From contig OY969926.1 in NCBI GenBank assembly GCA_963704645.1, forward strand, positions 416,001 through 480,000: 64,000 nt of DNA, written 5' to 3'. Below are positions 38,947 to 49,282 of this stretch, piece after piece. This stretch comes from an uncultured bacterium (GTDB lineage Bacteria > Patescibacteriota > JACMRA01). Every line of letters starts with the position of its first letter. The stretch's first letter is position 1. A model generated the notes under the pieces. The model searched no databases. It was not told where the DNA came from and saw nothing but the letters and a program-made list of their open reading frames with translations. Position numbers and translations under genes: made by a program.

Positions 38947-39405
38947 GTGGTGGGAGCAGATGTTAAAATTATTGTGTTTTCTGAAAATACATTTTTAAAA
39001 GATAGTATTGATTCATTTTTGGCTTTGAAAAGTAGCAACTATGACTGTGGTATTTCGTCTGTTTTCTTTAAAAAAGGGTTCTCCTTTTCTGACGCTACTT
39101 ATGCATTTCAATCATATCCAAATTCAAAAACTGGGTTTATTGTTTTTATAGATTTAACTTTGGCAAAAACTGATTTCGATATAAATGTACTTGTTGAATT
39201 TTTTCAAAAAAGTAGCTTGCTTTTTGCTCCAATTTTTATTGTAGAAAGCGCTGAAGATGCACTAAGTTTGACTAAGTTTAGCTGGATGATTAGCCCACGC
39301 TGTAACTTAATTGCCAGTACCTTGAAAGACGAAATTAATTTTGCTGGCTTTAGTTTTTTTGCTCAGCTAAATTCTAATATTAATAGCTTGCTGAGTATTT
39401 TGTAG
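38947..39405 (+). CDS. Orphan degenerate receiver-like protein
   Basis: KIIVFSEN...IVFIDLTL...APIFIV; GGAG 7 nt before GTG; TTGACA upstream. Confidence 0.55.
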   Translation: MVGADVKIIVFSENTFLKDSIDSFLALKSSNYDCGISSVFFKKGFSFSDATYAFQSYPNSKTGFIVFIDLTLAKTDFDINVLVEFFQKSSLLFAPIFIVESAEDALSLTKFSWMISPRCNLIASTLKDEINFAGFSFFAQLNSNINSLLSIL

Positions 39406-39426
39406 TTAGTGGAAATTTTTCTATGC

Positions 39427-39454
39427 GCCTCTGTTTTTACGGAGGCTTTTATTT
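39427..39454 (+). terminator. Intrinsic terminator
   Basis: GCCTCTG-TTTTTA-CGGAGGC-TTTTATTT. Confidence 0.7.
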
Positions 39455-39533
39455 ATTTCTAAAGAATTTATTTATTTTAAACTTGAACACAAAAAACTTG
39501 ACAATCATCAACCAAAATAGCAATTTTAAGTAT

Positions 39534-41606
39534 ATGTCAGATAACTACGGAGCAGATCAGATTACGGTTTTAGAAGGTTTAGAGGCGGTTAGAAAAAGAC
39601 CAGGAATGTATATTGGAAATACAGGAAAAGACGGGCTTCACCGCTGTATAGATGAAATTGTAGCAAACTCTGTAGATGAATACATGGCCAACCATGGTTC
39701 TAAAATTAAGCTGGTAATTACTAAAGATCAGGGTATTTACGTAGCCGATGACGGGCGTGGAATTCCAACTGATATTCACAGTAAAACTGGTAAAAGTGCT
39801 TTGGAAACAATTTTAACCGTGCTTCACGCTGGTGGTAAATTTGATCAAAAGAATTACCGTTTTTCTGGGGGTTTGCATGGTGTAGGTGCTTCTGTTGTAA
39901 ACGCATTGTCTTCAATTATGAGAGTTTGGGTTTTGAGAAATGAAATGGTGCACTTTATGGAATTTAGCAAAGGTAAAACAGTTATAGATATTACCTTAAT
40001 GAGTCAGAAAGAGTTTGAGGAAAAATACCCAGAAGTTGCTGTTCACCAAGTTTGGGATAAAACAGGAACAATAACTTTCTTTCAACCTGATAAAACAATT
40101 TTTGAAACAACAATTTTTGATATTAAAGAAATTTCCACTAATTTTAGACAAACTGCTTATTTGAATAAGGGGTTACATTTAACCCTAGAAGACCAAACTG
40201 TTGAACCATATACTGTAGAAGTTTTTGATTTCCCTAATGGAATTTATACCTACTTAGAACATTTAACAGAGGGTGAAGCTTTAAATACTCCAATTATTAT
40301 GTTAGAAGGTGAGCTAGATAATTTCCAGTTTGAAGCTGCATTAGCTTATGGTCCAGACTACTCAGAAAAAATGTTTGCTTTTACTAATGGTATTATTAAC
40401 CCAGAGCATGGAGCCCACGTTACAGGTTTTAAAACTGCCTTAACCAAGCTTGTTAACAGTCATGCTATAAATAAGAATGTCTTTAAAAAAGATGAAAGAT
40501 TTTCTAGCGACGATTTAAAAGAAGGTATGCGCGTTGTAATTTCTATTAAAATGGCAGACCCGCAATTTACTTCTCAAAGCAAGGTGAAACTTGGTTCAAC
40601 CATTGCTAGAACTTTAGTAGATAAAATTTTCAGCGACCGTTTTGGAACATATTTAGAAGAAAACCCAAATATTGCCATGGCCATTATTCAAAAGGCAAGT
40701 TTGGCAATGAGAGCAAGGTTGGCGGCCAAGGCAGCAAGGGAAAACGTTTTAAGAAAAGGTGTTTTAGAAAGTACTTCTTTGCCAGGTAAGTTAGCAGATT
40801 GTTCCGATAAAGATCCTTCCAAATGTGAAATATTTATTGTAGAAGGAGACTCGGCTGGAGGTTCGGCTAAACAAGGAAGAGATAGACATACCCAGGCAAT
40901 TTTACCGCTTCGTGGAAAAGTTTTGAACACAGAAAAAGCTACTTTAGATAAAATTTTGAATTACGAAGGTATTAAGAACATGATTATTGCTTTTGGTTGT
41001 GGCATTGGTGAAAAATTTGATATTACCAAAATTAGATATCACAAAATAGTATTAATGGCCGATGCGGACGTTGACGGTGCTCACATTGCTACATTGCTTT
41101 TAACTTTCCTTTACCGCTACATGCCAGCCTTAATAGAGGAAGGTTACATTTACATGGCTAGACCACCACTTTACCGTGTAAGTTGGGGTAAGCAGTTAGA
41201 ATACGTTTATTCTGATATAGAAAAAGACGCTGTTGTTTCCAGAATATTAGCCGCAGGGGGAAAGCTTCCTAAGGCTGATGAAGTTGTTGATGATGAAAAC
41301 GTTTCTGAAAACAATGAAACCGATTTAGCTTCTGGTTTAGATATTACCACAGATGCAGCGCCAGTGAAAGCTAAAAAAGCACCTAAAATTGAAATCCAGC
41401 GTTATAAAGGGTTGGGTGAAATGAGCGCAACACAATTATGGGATACAACTATGGATCCTGAAAAGCGTATGTTATGGCAAGTAACAGTGGGTGAAGCAGC
41501 TATAGCTAACCAAGTTTTTGAAGATTTAATGGGAAGTGACGTTGAGCCAAGACGTAAATTTATTCAAGAAAACGCCGTCTTCGTAGAAATTGACGACATC
41601 GGGTAG
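39534..41606 (+). CDS. gyrB: DNA gyrase subunit B (type IIA topoisomerase B subunit)
   Basis: LEGLEAVRKRPGMYIG, GGLHGVGASVVNALS, EGDSAGGS, DADVDG, QRYKGLGEM. Start reassigned to ATG 39534. Confidence 0.93.
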   Translation: MSDNYGADQITVLEGLEAVRKRPGMYIGNTGKDGLHRCIDEIVANSVDEYMANHGSKIKLVITKDQGIYVADDGRGIPTDIHSKTGKSALETILTVLHAGGKFDQKNYRFSGGLHGVGASVVNALSSIMRVWVLRNEMVHFMEFSKGKTVIDITLMSQKEFEEKYPEVAVHQVWDKTGTITFFQPDKTIFETTIFDIKEISTNFRQTAYLNKGLHLTLEDQTVEPYTVEVFDFPNGIYTYLEHLTEGEALNTPIIMLEGELDNFQFEAALAYGPDYSEKMFAFTNGIINPEHGAHVTGFKTALTKLVNSHAINKNVFKKDERFSSDDLKEGMRVVISIKMADPQFTSQSKVKLGSTIARTLVDKIFSDRFGTYLEENPNIAMAIIQKASLAMRARLAAKAARENVLRKGVLESTSLPGKLADCSDKDPSKCEIFIVEGDSAGGSAKQGRDRHTQAILPLRGKVLNTEKATLDKILNYEGIKNMIIAFGCGIGEKFDITKIRYHKIVLMADADVDGAHIATLLLTFLYRYMPALIEEGYIYMARPPLYRVSWGKQLEYVYSDIEKDAVVSRILAAGGKLPKADEVVDDENVSENNETDLASGLDITTDAAPVKAKKAPKIEIQRYKGLGEMSATQLWDTTMDPEKRMLWQVTVGEAAIANQVFEDLMGSDVEPRRKFIQENAVFVEIDDIG

Positions 41607-41626
41607 GGTGAATCTTATAATTTGAT

Positions 41627-41759
41627 GTGGCGGCGAAGTTTACGAGCCATAAACCTTGAATATAAATCAGCTTGTTTAACAAAATTATCTTAAACTAAAA
41701 TTAAATTCAATGGAAACGATTGAATTTCTAAGAATGTGTCTCGCAAGCTTCGCCGCTAC
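41627..41759. repeat. Inverted REP pair (REPIN-like)
   Basis: GTGGCGGCGAAGTTTACGAGCC (+, 41627-41648) and GTAGCGGCGAAGCTTGCGAGAC (-, 41738-41759). Confidence 0.65.
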
Positions 41760-41790
41760 AGGTAATAATTGCGTAAGTTCTAAAAACAAT

Positions 41791-42723
41791 ATGCCATTCA
41801 ATATTTTAAATTTCCTTGTTTCGCCAATTTTTACAGATTGGACTAATAGGCAGCAAGTGCTTAATTCGGTACAGTTTGGGTTAACTTCTTTGCTTACTTT
41901 TTTAATTCCGCTATTGGTTATTTTGTTTGAAAAAAGAGATGAATTTAATTCGTTGGATAAAAAGTTAATTGAAAAAATTTCTAAAATAAGGCTAATTTTT
42001 TTGGCTATAATTATATTTGTATTAATTACTGTTTTCTCTTCTGAAATTTATGTTTGGACTGCTATAGTTTACCTTATAACTTCAGGCTTTTTGGTTTATA
42101 GAACAGTGGAAATTATTAATTTTATATTGAACCGAGATAAATATAGACAACGTGAAATTTTAAACTCTACGGATGAAGAAACTTTAGACTATTTTGAAGA
42201 GTTTTTCTTAGGTGGAAATAGTAAAAGTTCTAATGGAATTTCAAGTAGAAGTTATTTAAAAGTTTTTAGTAAAGAGCAACTAATGATAAGTTTATTCGTT
42301 CAGAACCTAGACAAAAAAATTTCTCATTTTCCAAAGTTAAAGCCAGAAGAAACTGATTTTATAAATAAAATGCTAGATACTCTTTCCTCTGGTCTCAATA
42401 ATATTGATATATCTAATTTAACTGAATATAAAAGCAATAAAATGGATATATCTCTGTTTGAAAATTTATTAAAATGGCATTTAAAAGTTTGGAAACTAAG
42501 AAATAAACTTAGAGGAGATAAAAATGATCAACGTTGGATGATTGTTGAAAGTCATCTTAATGGCTTAATTCAAGATATTCACAAGCTAGGAGAAAAGTTA
42601 GGTGTTGAAATTGTACAAAAATTACTAGACTTAAATGCTCAAAAAACAAAACAAGAAAGAGAAGACGGCTACAGGATAATATTTTTTACAATAAAAAAAG
42701 CCCTTAAAAAGGGTGGGGCTTAA
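41791..42723 (+). CDS. Hypothetical membrane protein
   Basis: Three hydrophobic segments then a helical domain; start moved past the REP to ATG 41791. Confidence 0.6.
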   Translation: MPFNILNFLVSPIFTDWTNRQQVLNSVQFGLTSLLTFLIPLLVILFEKRDEFNSLDKKLIEKISKIRLIFLAIIIFVLITVFSSEIYVWTAIVYLITSGFLVYRTVEIINFILNRDKYRQREILNSTDEETLDYFEEFFLGGNSKSSNGISSRSYLKVFSKEQLMISLFVQNLDKKISHFPKLKPEETDFINKMLDTLSSGLNNIDISNLTEYKSNKMDISLFENLLKWHLKVWKLRNKLRGDKNDQRWMIVESHLNGLIQDIHKLGEKLGVEIVQKLLDLNAQKTKQEREDGYRIIFFTIKKALKKGGA

Positions 42724-42738
42724 TTATGTTATTTTGCT

Positions 42739-43533
42739 CTATAGATAACTTAGAATTAATTCAAAATCTGGATAGGAATGGGTAAATTTATTTTGCTCTA
42801 TAAATTTTTTATCGGAAGACTTGAAATATTCAAACAACTTTTTACTTTCTTCAAAAGGAATGGTTGTATCTCCTGTGTATCCAAACTGTCTTACTTTAAT
42901 GGTAACTTTCTCAGCGTTTTTACTGGAGTTAAATATTTCACTAGTAAAACCACATAAAATAGAATAGCTTCTAAAGCACATACTTTGAATACTGCTGAAG
43001 GTATTTACTACTATTAATTGTTTGGCATTTGGTTTTTGTGAGGCCAAGTAAACAGCTGTTGAGCCTCCTAGAGAATGTCCAAAAATTGTAATTTTATTTT
43101 CAGGAACTTTTTTTGTTTCTACTAGCCAATTGTATGTTACGGTTGCTGTTTCATAAGCATTTTCCATTGTTGGAGCTCCCTCAGATTCACTGTAACCAGG
43201 ATATGCCGGAGAAATAACATTGCCTTTTTTTACCAATTCAGGGAAAAAGTGAACTAATCTACCAGCGTTTCCATGTAAGTAAATTATATACTCATCACTG
43301 TTTTTATTTTCAAACTCCCAAATTGATATGTATTTGTTTTGATTATTTTTTATAAATTCAGTTTTTTGCCCAAATTCTGGTACAGAGGCCCAACTAACCT
43401 TGTTATCGAATACCAAGCTTCCTGCCTGCCCAGTTAAATATAGTGAACCTAGTAACCAAACAACAATTATAATAACAAAAGAAGTTAAAAGATACTTTAA
43501 AATCTTGTATGTTTTAAAAAAGGTTGTATTCAT
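42739..43533 (-). CDS. Alpha/beta hydrolase (ABHD13/17-like)
   Basis: YLHGNAG, YPGYSESEG, GHSLGG, D and H triad residues. Confidence 0.9.
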   Translation of the reverse strand: MNTTFFKTYKILKYLLTSFVIIIVVWLLGSLYLTGQAGSLVFDNKVSWASVPEFGQKTEFIKNNQNKYISIWEFENKNSDEYIIYLHGNAGRLVHFFPELVKKGNVISPAYPGYSESEGAPTMENAYETATVTYNWLVETKKVPENKITIFGHSLGGSTAVYLASQKPNAKQLIVVNTFSSIQSMCFRSYSILCGFTSEIFNSSKNAEKVTIKVRQFGYTGDTTIPFEESKKLFEYFKSSDKKFIEQNKFTHSYPDFELILSYL

Positions 43534-43539
43534 AATAAC

Positions 43540-44025
43540 TTAGGCTTTAATACTGCCTTCTTTCTCTTCTAACTCGGAATTATATTTATTAATATTTACA
43601 CAGTAAAAAATATGGCTTATAAGGAAAACAAAACTTGGGAAAAACCATAAAATAATAAAAGGGAATTCCTGTACAAATTTATTAGAAGAGAATATTGCGG
43701 TACCAAAAATATTAAGTAGTGTAGGTAATATATAATAAAAAACAGCAAGTATCATAATTACATTATTACTAGAAACCTTCTTTAATTTCTTAATAGAAGC
43801 TGGCACTCCTCCCATTATTGCAATTAAAAATATACCCAGTGTTAAACCTAGTAGTGAGCCAAGTGTGTCAAAAAACCAAACTCCTGTTGCCTCATTGCCT
43901 TGTGAAGCAAATGTACTGTAACGATATATTACATTGAAGAAATTAATCACACCCCAACCAATTACCCAAGTGTTAAAGAATTGGCGAAAAACAGACTCGT
44001 ACCTGTTACTAAATGTTTCAAACAT
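43540..44025 (-). CDS. Hypothetical 4-TM membrane protein
   Basis: Hydrophobic profile. Confidence 0.6.
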   Translation of the reverse strand: MFETFSNRYESVFRQFFNTWVIGWGVINFFNVIYRYSTFASQGNEATGVWFFDTLGSLLGLTLGIFLIAIMGGVPASIKKLKKVSSNNVIMILAVFYYILPTLLNIFGTAIFSSNKFVQEFPFIILWFFPSFVFLISHIFYCVNINKYNSELEEKEGSIKA

Positions 44026-44085
44026 AAAATTTTAATTTTAATTATTATTAGTCTTAAAATATAAATATATGTCAATAAATATATC

Positions 44086-45027
44086 GAACCTGTCGCCAAT
44101 CTCCAAACAAAAGACACTAGACAAAAATACCTACCAGATACTGTTTTGTAGGCTGTTATGACATACAGTACAGATTTATCTGATAGGCAGTTTAAATACT
44201 TAGAAAAATATCTCCCTTCGTCCAGAAAAACAAAACCATGTAAGTATAGTAAGCATCAATTCATTAATGGAATATTGTATTTACTTAAAACTGGTTGTCA
44301 GTGGAGACTACTTCCAAAAGAATATCCTCCCTTTAGAACAGTACATAAATACTTTAGAAAACTTTCTGGAATTGGTTGTATGGAAAAAATATTATTCTAT
44401 GTTAACACAGACGTTATGAAACAAAGAAAAAAGTATAGAGATAATAATACTTTAAGATTAATCATTGATTCTAAGAGTATAGATTCATCAGAATTATTAT
44501 TATCTAAGTATTCAGGTTTCGATGGCCATAAGAAAGTTAAAGGACTCAAACTGTTTGAATTAATAGATTGTAACAATCTTTGTTGGAGAAGTGCTGTTAT
44601 GCCAGCTAATACTTCTGAGATACAAGGAGCTAAAACAATTATTACTAGAACTTTTGAAAGTAGAAAGTATCCAATTACAAAACAAATACTAGGAGACAAA
44701 GCTTTTAATGGAACTGACTTTGAAAAGTATATTTACAGAAAGTATGGAATAACTGTATTGGGCTTAGAGAAAAGAAGTAACAGAAAGTTTAATCTTCCTG
44801 AAGATATACAAAGACAAGAACAAAGGAAACAAGAAAAGGCTAGTATAATTAAACCTTTTAGATACAAAGTAGAACAGAACTTTGCTCACTTAGTCAGAGC
44901 TAGGAGATTAACAAGAATATGGGAAGTAAAAGCTAAAAGTTATGAGACTTTAGTCAAATTAAGACACTTAGTTCTTGCTTTAGGGAAATTAGACCTATAT
45001 TAGGGTTTGGAGATTGGCGACAGGCTC
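44086..45027 (+). mobile_element. IS5-family insertion sequence (942 bp)
   Basis: 23-bp IRs GA(A/G)CCTGTCGCCAATCTCCAAAC; 3-bp target duplication ATC. Confidence 0.93.
44158..45003 (+). CDS. IS5-family transposase
   Basis: YSTDLSDRQF, GCQWRLLPKEYPP, IIDS, GDKAF, RYKVEQNFA. Confidence 0.92.
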   Translation: MTYSTDLSDRQFKYLEKYLPSSRKTKPCKYSKHQFINGILYLLKTGCQWRLLPKEYPPFRTVHKYFRKLSGIGCMEKILFYVNTDVMKQRKKYRDNNTLRLIIDSKSIDSSELLLSKYSGFDGHKKVKGLKLFELIDCNNLCWRSAVMPANTSEIQGAKTIITRTFESRKYPITKQILGDKAFNGTDFEKYIYRKYGITVLGLEKRSNRKFNLPEDIQRQEQRKQEKASIIKPFRYKVEQNFAHLVRARRLTRIWEVKAKSYETLVKLRHLVLALGKLDLY

Positions 45028-45081
45028 ATCTTACATTCCAATCTCTAGTGCAACACTTAACCCTATAGTATTTTGTAAAAA

Positions 45082-45627
45082 TTAACTCGCTTTGGGTTTA
45101 ATAGTGGCAAAGCTACTGTCTCCCAATAATTTAGCTTCTGCTTCAAAAATATGTTCAAAAGTTATTAAAGAAAGAAAAGTTTTCATTGTTTCTTCAGCAA
45201 CTTCAGGGTGAGATTTTTCTCTTCCACGCATTTGAACTTGCAACTTAACTTTCATACCTTTTTCCAAAAATTCATCAGCCTTTTTAGCCCTAACTTGTAA
45301 ATCGTTAATGCTAACTCTAACTGAAACACGTAAAGTTTTGGTTTCATTTTTGTTGCTAGTAGATTTAGGTTTAGATTTACTTTGTTGATAAGCAAATTTG
45401 TTGTAATCAATAATTTTAACAACTGGTGGTTCAGATTTAGGGTTAATTTCTACTACGTCACAATTTTTTTCTATAGCTAAAGCAATGGCTTCGCTTAGAT
45501 GCATAATTCCCATCATTTGGTTTTCCTCATCTAACACTCTAACTTCGCTTGGTGGAATTTCTTTATTAACCCTGTATTGCTTGGCAACTTCCTTTGGCTG
45601 AGTTCGCTTTCTGCGATAGTTTGTCAT
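45082..45627 (-). CDS. infC: Translation initiation factor IF-3
   Basis: VNKEI, PPVVKIIDY, FLEKG.KVK...RGRE. Confidence 0.93.
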   Translation of the reverse strand: MTNYRRKRTQPKEVAKQYRVNKEIPPSEVRVLDEENQMMGIMHLSEAIALAIEKNCDVVEINPKSEPPVVKIIDYNKFAYQQSKSKPKSTSNKNETKTLRVSVRVSINDLQVRAKKADEFLEKGMKVKLQVQMRGREKSHPEVAEETMKTFLSLITFEHIFEAEAKLLGDSSFATIKPKAS

Positions 45628-45701
45628 ACCTTATATATGGCTGGCCTCCTCAAGTTTGTCAAGATATTGACATTTACAGGTCAAAATGCTACCTTTTACT
45701 T

Positions 45702-46937
45702 ATGTATATTATAGATTTAGCCTGGTCGTTTTTGTGGGTGTTTTTGCTGGGTGGGTTTTACGCTTTAATTTTTCAAATTTGGGAATGGTGGGATGGTAGA
45801 ATTTTAGATAAAACTATTGGTGGATGGATGGGAAAGCAAAATTATTTGTTGGTAAAATTAATTCCACCTGCAGAAAACTTAAGGTCTATGTCTGAAATGG
45901 AAAACTTTTTCATTAACCTTTCTTCAATTTATGCAGGAAAAAGCAAAAAAGATATTTATGTTGAAGGAAAAACATACGAAAACTTTACATTTGAAGTGCA
46001 TTCTAAGGGTGGAGAAATTAGTATTTATTGTTGGTTAAACCGAAACTTCCTACCATTACTTAGAAGCTCGGTTCTGGCTCATTATCCTGGTACAAATATT
46101 ACAGAAGTTGAAGACCCTTATGCTAAATGGCCTAAAGAATGGAACGGTGGTTTTGATGATTATAGATACATGTATGCCACAGACATTGTATTTGGAAACA
46201 AAAGCGATTTATACCCACTTAAAAGCTGGAAGTCTTTTCAAACTGGCAATTTAAACCCAACCAGTGACCCTTTTGCAACTTTAATTTCTGCTTTAGAACA
46301 TGTTGAAGAAAATGATTATGCTATTTTTCAATTAATTATTAGGCCCTTTTTGGACGTAGAAAAAAAGAAATCTTGGAAGAAAGAGCTGGATACATTAAAG
46401 AAAGATTTAGCAACCAATTCTGTTAGTGAAGTTGGTCCAGGTGGAACGGTTAAACTTTTAACCGAACAGGAAAAATCTTTGTTGAATACGGTTAATTATA
46501 AAATTAGTAGCGAGAATTTTAAATTTAAAATTAAAGTTGCATTCTTTTCTGCAAAAAAAGGCCCTGTTAGAATGCTTGGCCCAATGATGAGCTTCTTTAA
46601 GCAATTAGGTTCTGACCCGCAATTTTTAATGCCAAGTGGAGATACTAAAACTAATCGTGGTGCTGAAGGTGCTATTTTCGGCCCCTTAGAAGATAAGTGG
46701 TATTGGGCAAGGGAAGCTTTGTTTAGAGAAAAGAAAATGTATCTAAGTATTATTAAAAGAAGTTTGGGTAGGGGAACCGCACCTAAGTTTATTGACGTAG
46801 AAAGTTTAACAGCGCTATTTCATTTCCCAATGACTTTCAACTTTGACATTGGTATGATTAACAGAATTTCAAGTAATAACGATAGCAACCAGTCTTCATC
46901 ATCTTTTGGTCAACCGCCTAGTAATTTGCCTACTTAA
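45702..46937 (+). CDS. Conserved CPR-type membrane-anchored hypothetical protein
   Basis: N-terminal TM, FEV, HYPG.NITEVED, YPLK, QLIIRP, LTALFHFP. Resembles the N-terminal domain seen with VirD4-like proteins (inference). Confidence 0.6.
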   Translation: MYIIDLAWSFLWVFLLGGFYALIFQIWEWWDGRILDKTIGGWMGKQNYLLVKLIPPAENLRSMSEMENFFINLSSIYAGKSKKDIYVEGKTYENFTFEVHSKGGEISIYCWLNRNFLPLLRSSVLAHYPGTNITEVEDPYAKWPKEWNGGFDDYRYMYATDIVFGNKSDLYPLKSWKSFQTGNLNPTSDPFATLISALEHVEENDYAIFQLIIRPFLDVEKKKSWKKELDTLKKDLATNSVSEVGPGGTVKLLTEQEKSLLNTVNYKISSENFKFKIKVAFFSAKKGPVRMLGPMMSFFKQLGSDPQFLMPSGDTKTNRGAEGAIFGPLEDKWYWAREALFREKKMYLSIIKRSLGRGTAPKFIDVESLTALFHFPMTFNFDIGMINRISSNNDSNQSSSSFGQPPSNLPT

Positions 46938-47179
46938 TAAGTGGATTTAATATTTTGAACATTTATAGAATTGAGTCTTATTAACTTAAACTGTAAGTAT
47001 TTCGTAGTAATCAGTGTTGAACACTCAAATGTTGCAGCATAAATATTTTTTGCATATCTAGTAATCACGATTTTAAAGGAAAAGTATATAGGTGTGAAAT
47101 GGAAAAAGTTTAATTTGTGAAATAATCTCCGCAAAATTAAGTCTGTGGAGTTAAAGCTGCTGGATATTTGCCAGTTTTA

Positions 47180-47998
47180 CTAAATATCCAAACTAATTCC
47201 AACAGGACAATGATCACTTCCCATTACATCTTGCAAAATGAAAGCATCTTTTATTAAAGGTAGAAGTTTTTCATCGGCTAAAACGTAATCTATTCTCCAA
47301 CCTACGTTGCGTTCTCTGGCTCTGGTAATTTGATCCCAATAGGAATATTGACCTTCCAAAGTTGGATAGAAATGCCTGAATGTGTCTACAAAACCGTCTT
47401 TTAAAAACCAATCTAAAGCTTCTCTTTCTTCTGGTAAACAACCTGTAGTTTTTCTATTTTCTTTTGGTCTGGCTAAATCTATATCACCTACAGTTGTGTT
47501 AAAATCTCCACATAAAAATACATTTTCGCCTTCGCTTCTAAGTTTGTCAGCAAGTTTCTTTACTTCTTTATAAAACTTAATTTTGTACTCAATTCTGTGT
47601 GGACCACGTCCACCTTGTGGGTAGTAAGCGTTAATTAAAATAAAACTAGGCAATTTGGCACTATCTGTCTTATACTTTGTTAAAATTAATCTGCCTTCTA
47701 CATCAAAATCTTCTACTCCTAAACCAACTTGATTGCTTGTTACTTCTAGTAATTTACCATCCCAAGTATTTTTTTTAGAAAGTGTGGCAACGCCGCTATA
47801 CCCAGATTTCATGGTACAAGAATGAAAATTTAGATTATAGTTTGGATTGTCTAAAACCCCACTGTTCATAATATCAGCCCCAGCTTTAGTTTCTTGAACA
47901 CCTAAAACATCTGCTTGCAACAAATCTAATTTTTCCCAAAAACCCTTTTTAATTCCAGCTCTAATGCCATTAACATTCCAAGAAATAATACGAAACAT
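47180..47998 (-). CDS. xth: Exodeoxyribonuclease III
   Basis: ISWNVNGIRA, QETK, GDFN, GWRIDY, SDHCPV. Confidence 0.96.
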   Translation of the reverse strand: MFRIISWNVNGIRAGIKKGFWEKLDLLQADVLGVQETKAGADIMNSGVLDNPNYNLNFHSCTMKSGYSGVATLSKKNTWDGKLLEVTSNQVGLGVEDFDVEGRLILTKYKTDSAKLPSFILINAYYPQGGRGPHRIEYKIKFYKEVKKLADKLRSEGENVFLCGDFNTTVGDIDLARPKENRKTTGCLPEEREALDWFLKDGFVDTFRHFYPTLEGQYSYWDQITRARERNVGWRIDYVLADEKLLPLIKDAFILQDVMGSDHCPVGISLDI

Positions 47999-48061
47999 AT
48001 ATGCCCAAACTGTTAAATTTATTTATTTTGTTGTAAATAGAACTGCTGTAAGGTGCTAAAA

Positions 48062-49200
48062 TGAACAAGTCCAAACACATATGATACCAAAGGGTGGTAG
48101 ATTAATAATCCTAAATCTACTATCATATGATCATGTCTTACACTTTGGAAGATAAATTTAAAATAATTGAATACTCATTTAAGCATGGTATTAATTCTAC
48201 ATTAGAAGCATTATCTCTAGATTCAAATCGTAAACTTTCCAGAATAACTTTAATTAGGTGGAGGAAGAAATGGAGAAAAAGTTGTGAACTTAATTATGGA
48301 GCTGGTAACAAATACGATTTAAAGGATAAAAGCAAAAGACCTAATAAATTTAGACAGTCAAATGTACAAGGGAGAATACTTGAGTTTATTCAACAAACTA
48401 GATTGCAATATCCTAATCTAGGTAAAGACAAACTTAAAGTATTGTTAGATGATTACTGTGCAGAACAAAATCTAAAAGAAACAAGTAAAACACTAAAAAC
48501 TATTTCAATTTCAACTATCGGCAGAATAATATCTACTTTTAAAGATCAAAGAATAATACCAGTCTACAAATACTCAAAGCAAGTCTATTTAGACGGTAGA
48601 ACAGGAAGTATTAAACAAAGACTACTAAAACCTAGGAAGCAAGTTAAAACCAGAAGAAAAGAATACCAGCCTAATAGCCCAGGAGATCTAATTCAATTAG
48701 ACGCAATAACCTTTTATCTTAATGGAGTAAAAAGATATTTAATCTGTGCTGTAGATCTAGTTAGTAGATATTCTTTCGTATATGCTTACAAAACATTAAG
48801 TAGTAATAGTACAAAAGACTTCTTCTTAAGAATGCAAGATGTATTCCCTTACCAGATTAAAAGAGTTCAGACAGACAATGGACAAGAAAATCATAAGAAC
48901 TTTGATGAACTGTTAAAATTTAAAGATATTACTCATTTCTGGAACTATCCTAAATCTCCTAAAATGAATGCTTACATAGAAAGATTCAATAGAAGTGTGG
49001 AAGAAGAGTTTGCTAATTATAATCTATGGATACTAAGAGATGATATACAAGCTTTTAATCTAAAATTAATCATGTACCTAGACTTCTACAATAACCAAAG
49101 ACCACATCTGGGTTTAAAAAGAGATATTGGACAATTTATACCACCAATGAAATACCTACAACAATACCATCCTAAGTATCATATGTAGTGAACGGGTACA
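48062..49200 (+). mobile_element. IS481-family insertion sequence
   Basis: Imperfect IRs sharing ACATATGATAC; right end ...GTACA; flanked by TAAAA direct repeat (48057-48061, 49201-49205). Confidence 0.8.
48127..49188 (+). CDS. IS481-family/integrase-core transposase
   Basis: PGDLIQLD, QTDNGQE, PKMNAYIERFNRS, YNNQRPHLGL. Confidence 0.9.
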   Translation: MIMSYTLEDKFKIIEYSFKHGINSTLEALSLDSNRKLSRITLIRWRKKWRKSCELNYGAGNKYDLKDKSKRPNKFRQSNVQGRILEFIQQTRLQYPNLGKDKLKVLLDDYCAEQNLKETSKTLKTISISTIGRIISTFKDQRIIPVYKYSKQVYLDGRTGSIKQRLLKPRKQVKTRRKEYQPNSPGDLIQLDAITFYLNGVKRYLICAVDLVSRYSFVYAYKTLSSNSTKDFFLRMQDVFPYQIKRVQTDNGQENHKNFDELLKFKDITHFWNYPKSPKMNAYIERFNRSVEEEFANYNLWILRDDIQAFNLKLIMYLDFYNNQRPHLGLKRDIGQFIPPMKYLQQYHPKYHM

Positions 49201-49282
49201 TAAAATTGACACAAAAATGAAAATTATTTAGTATTAGAAAATAATCACCACTAGGTGCCAGCTCCTCTAACGAGGAGAAAAT

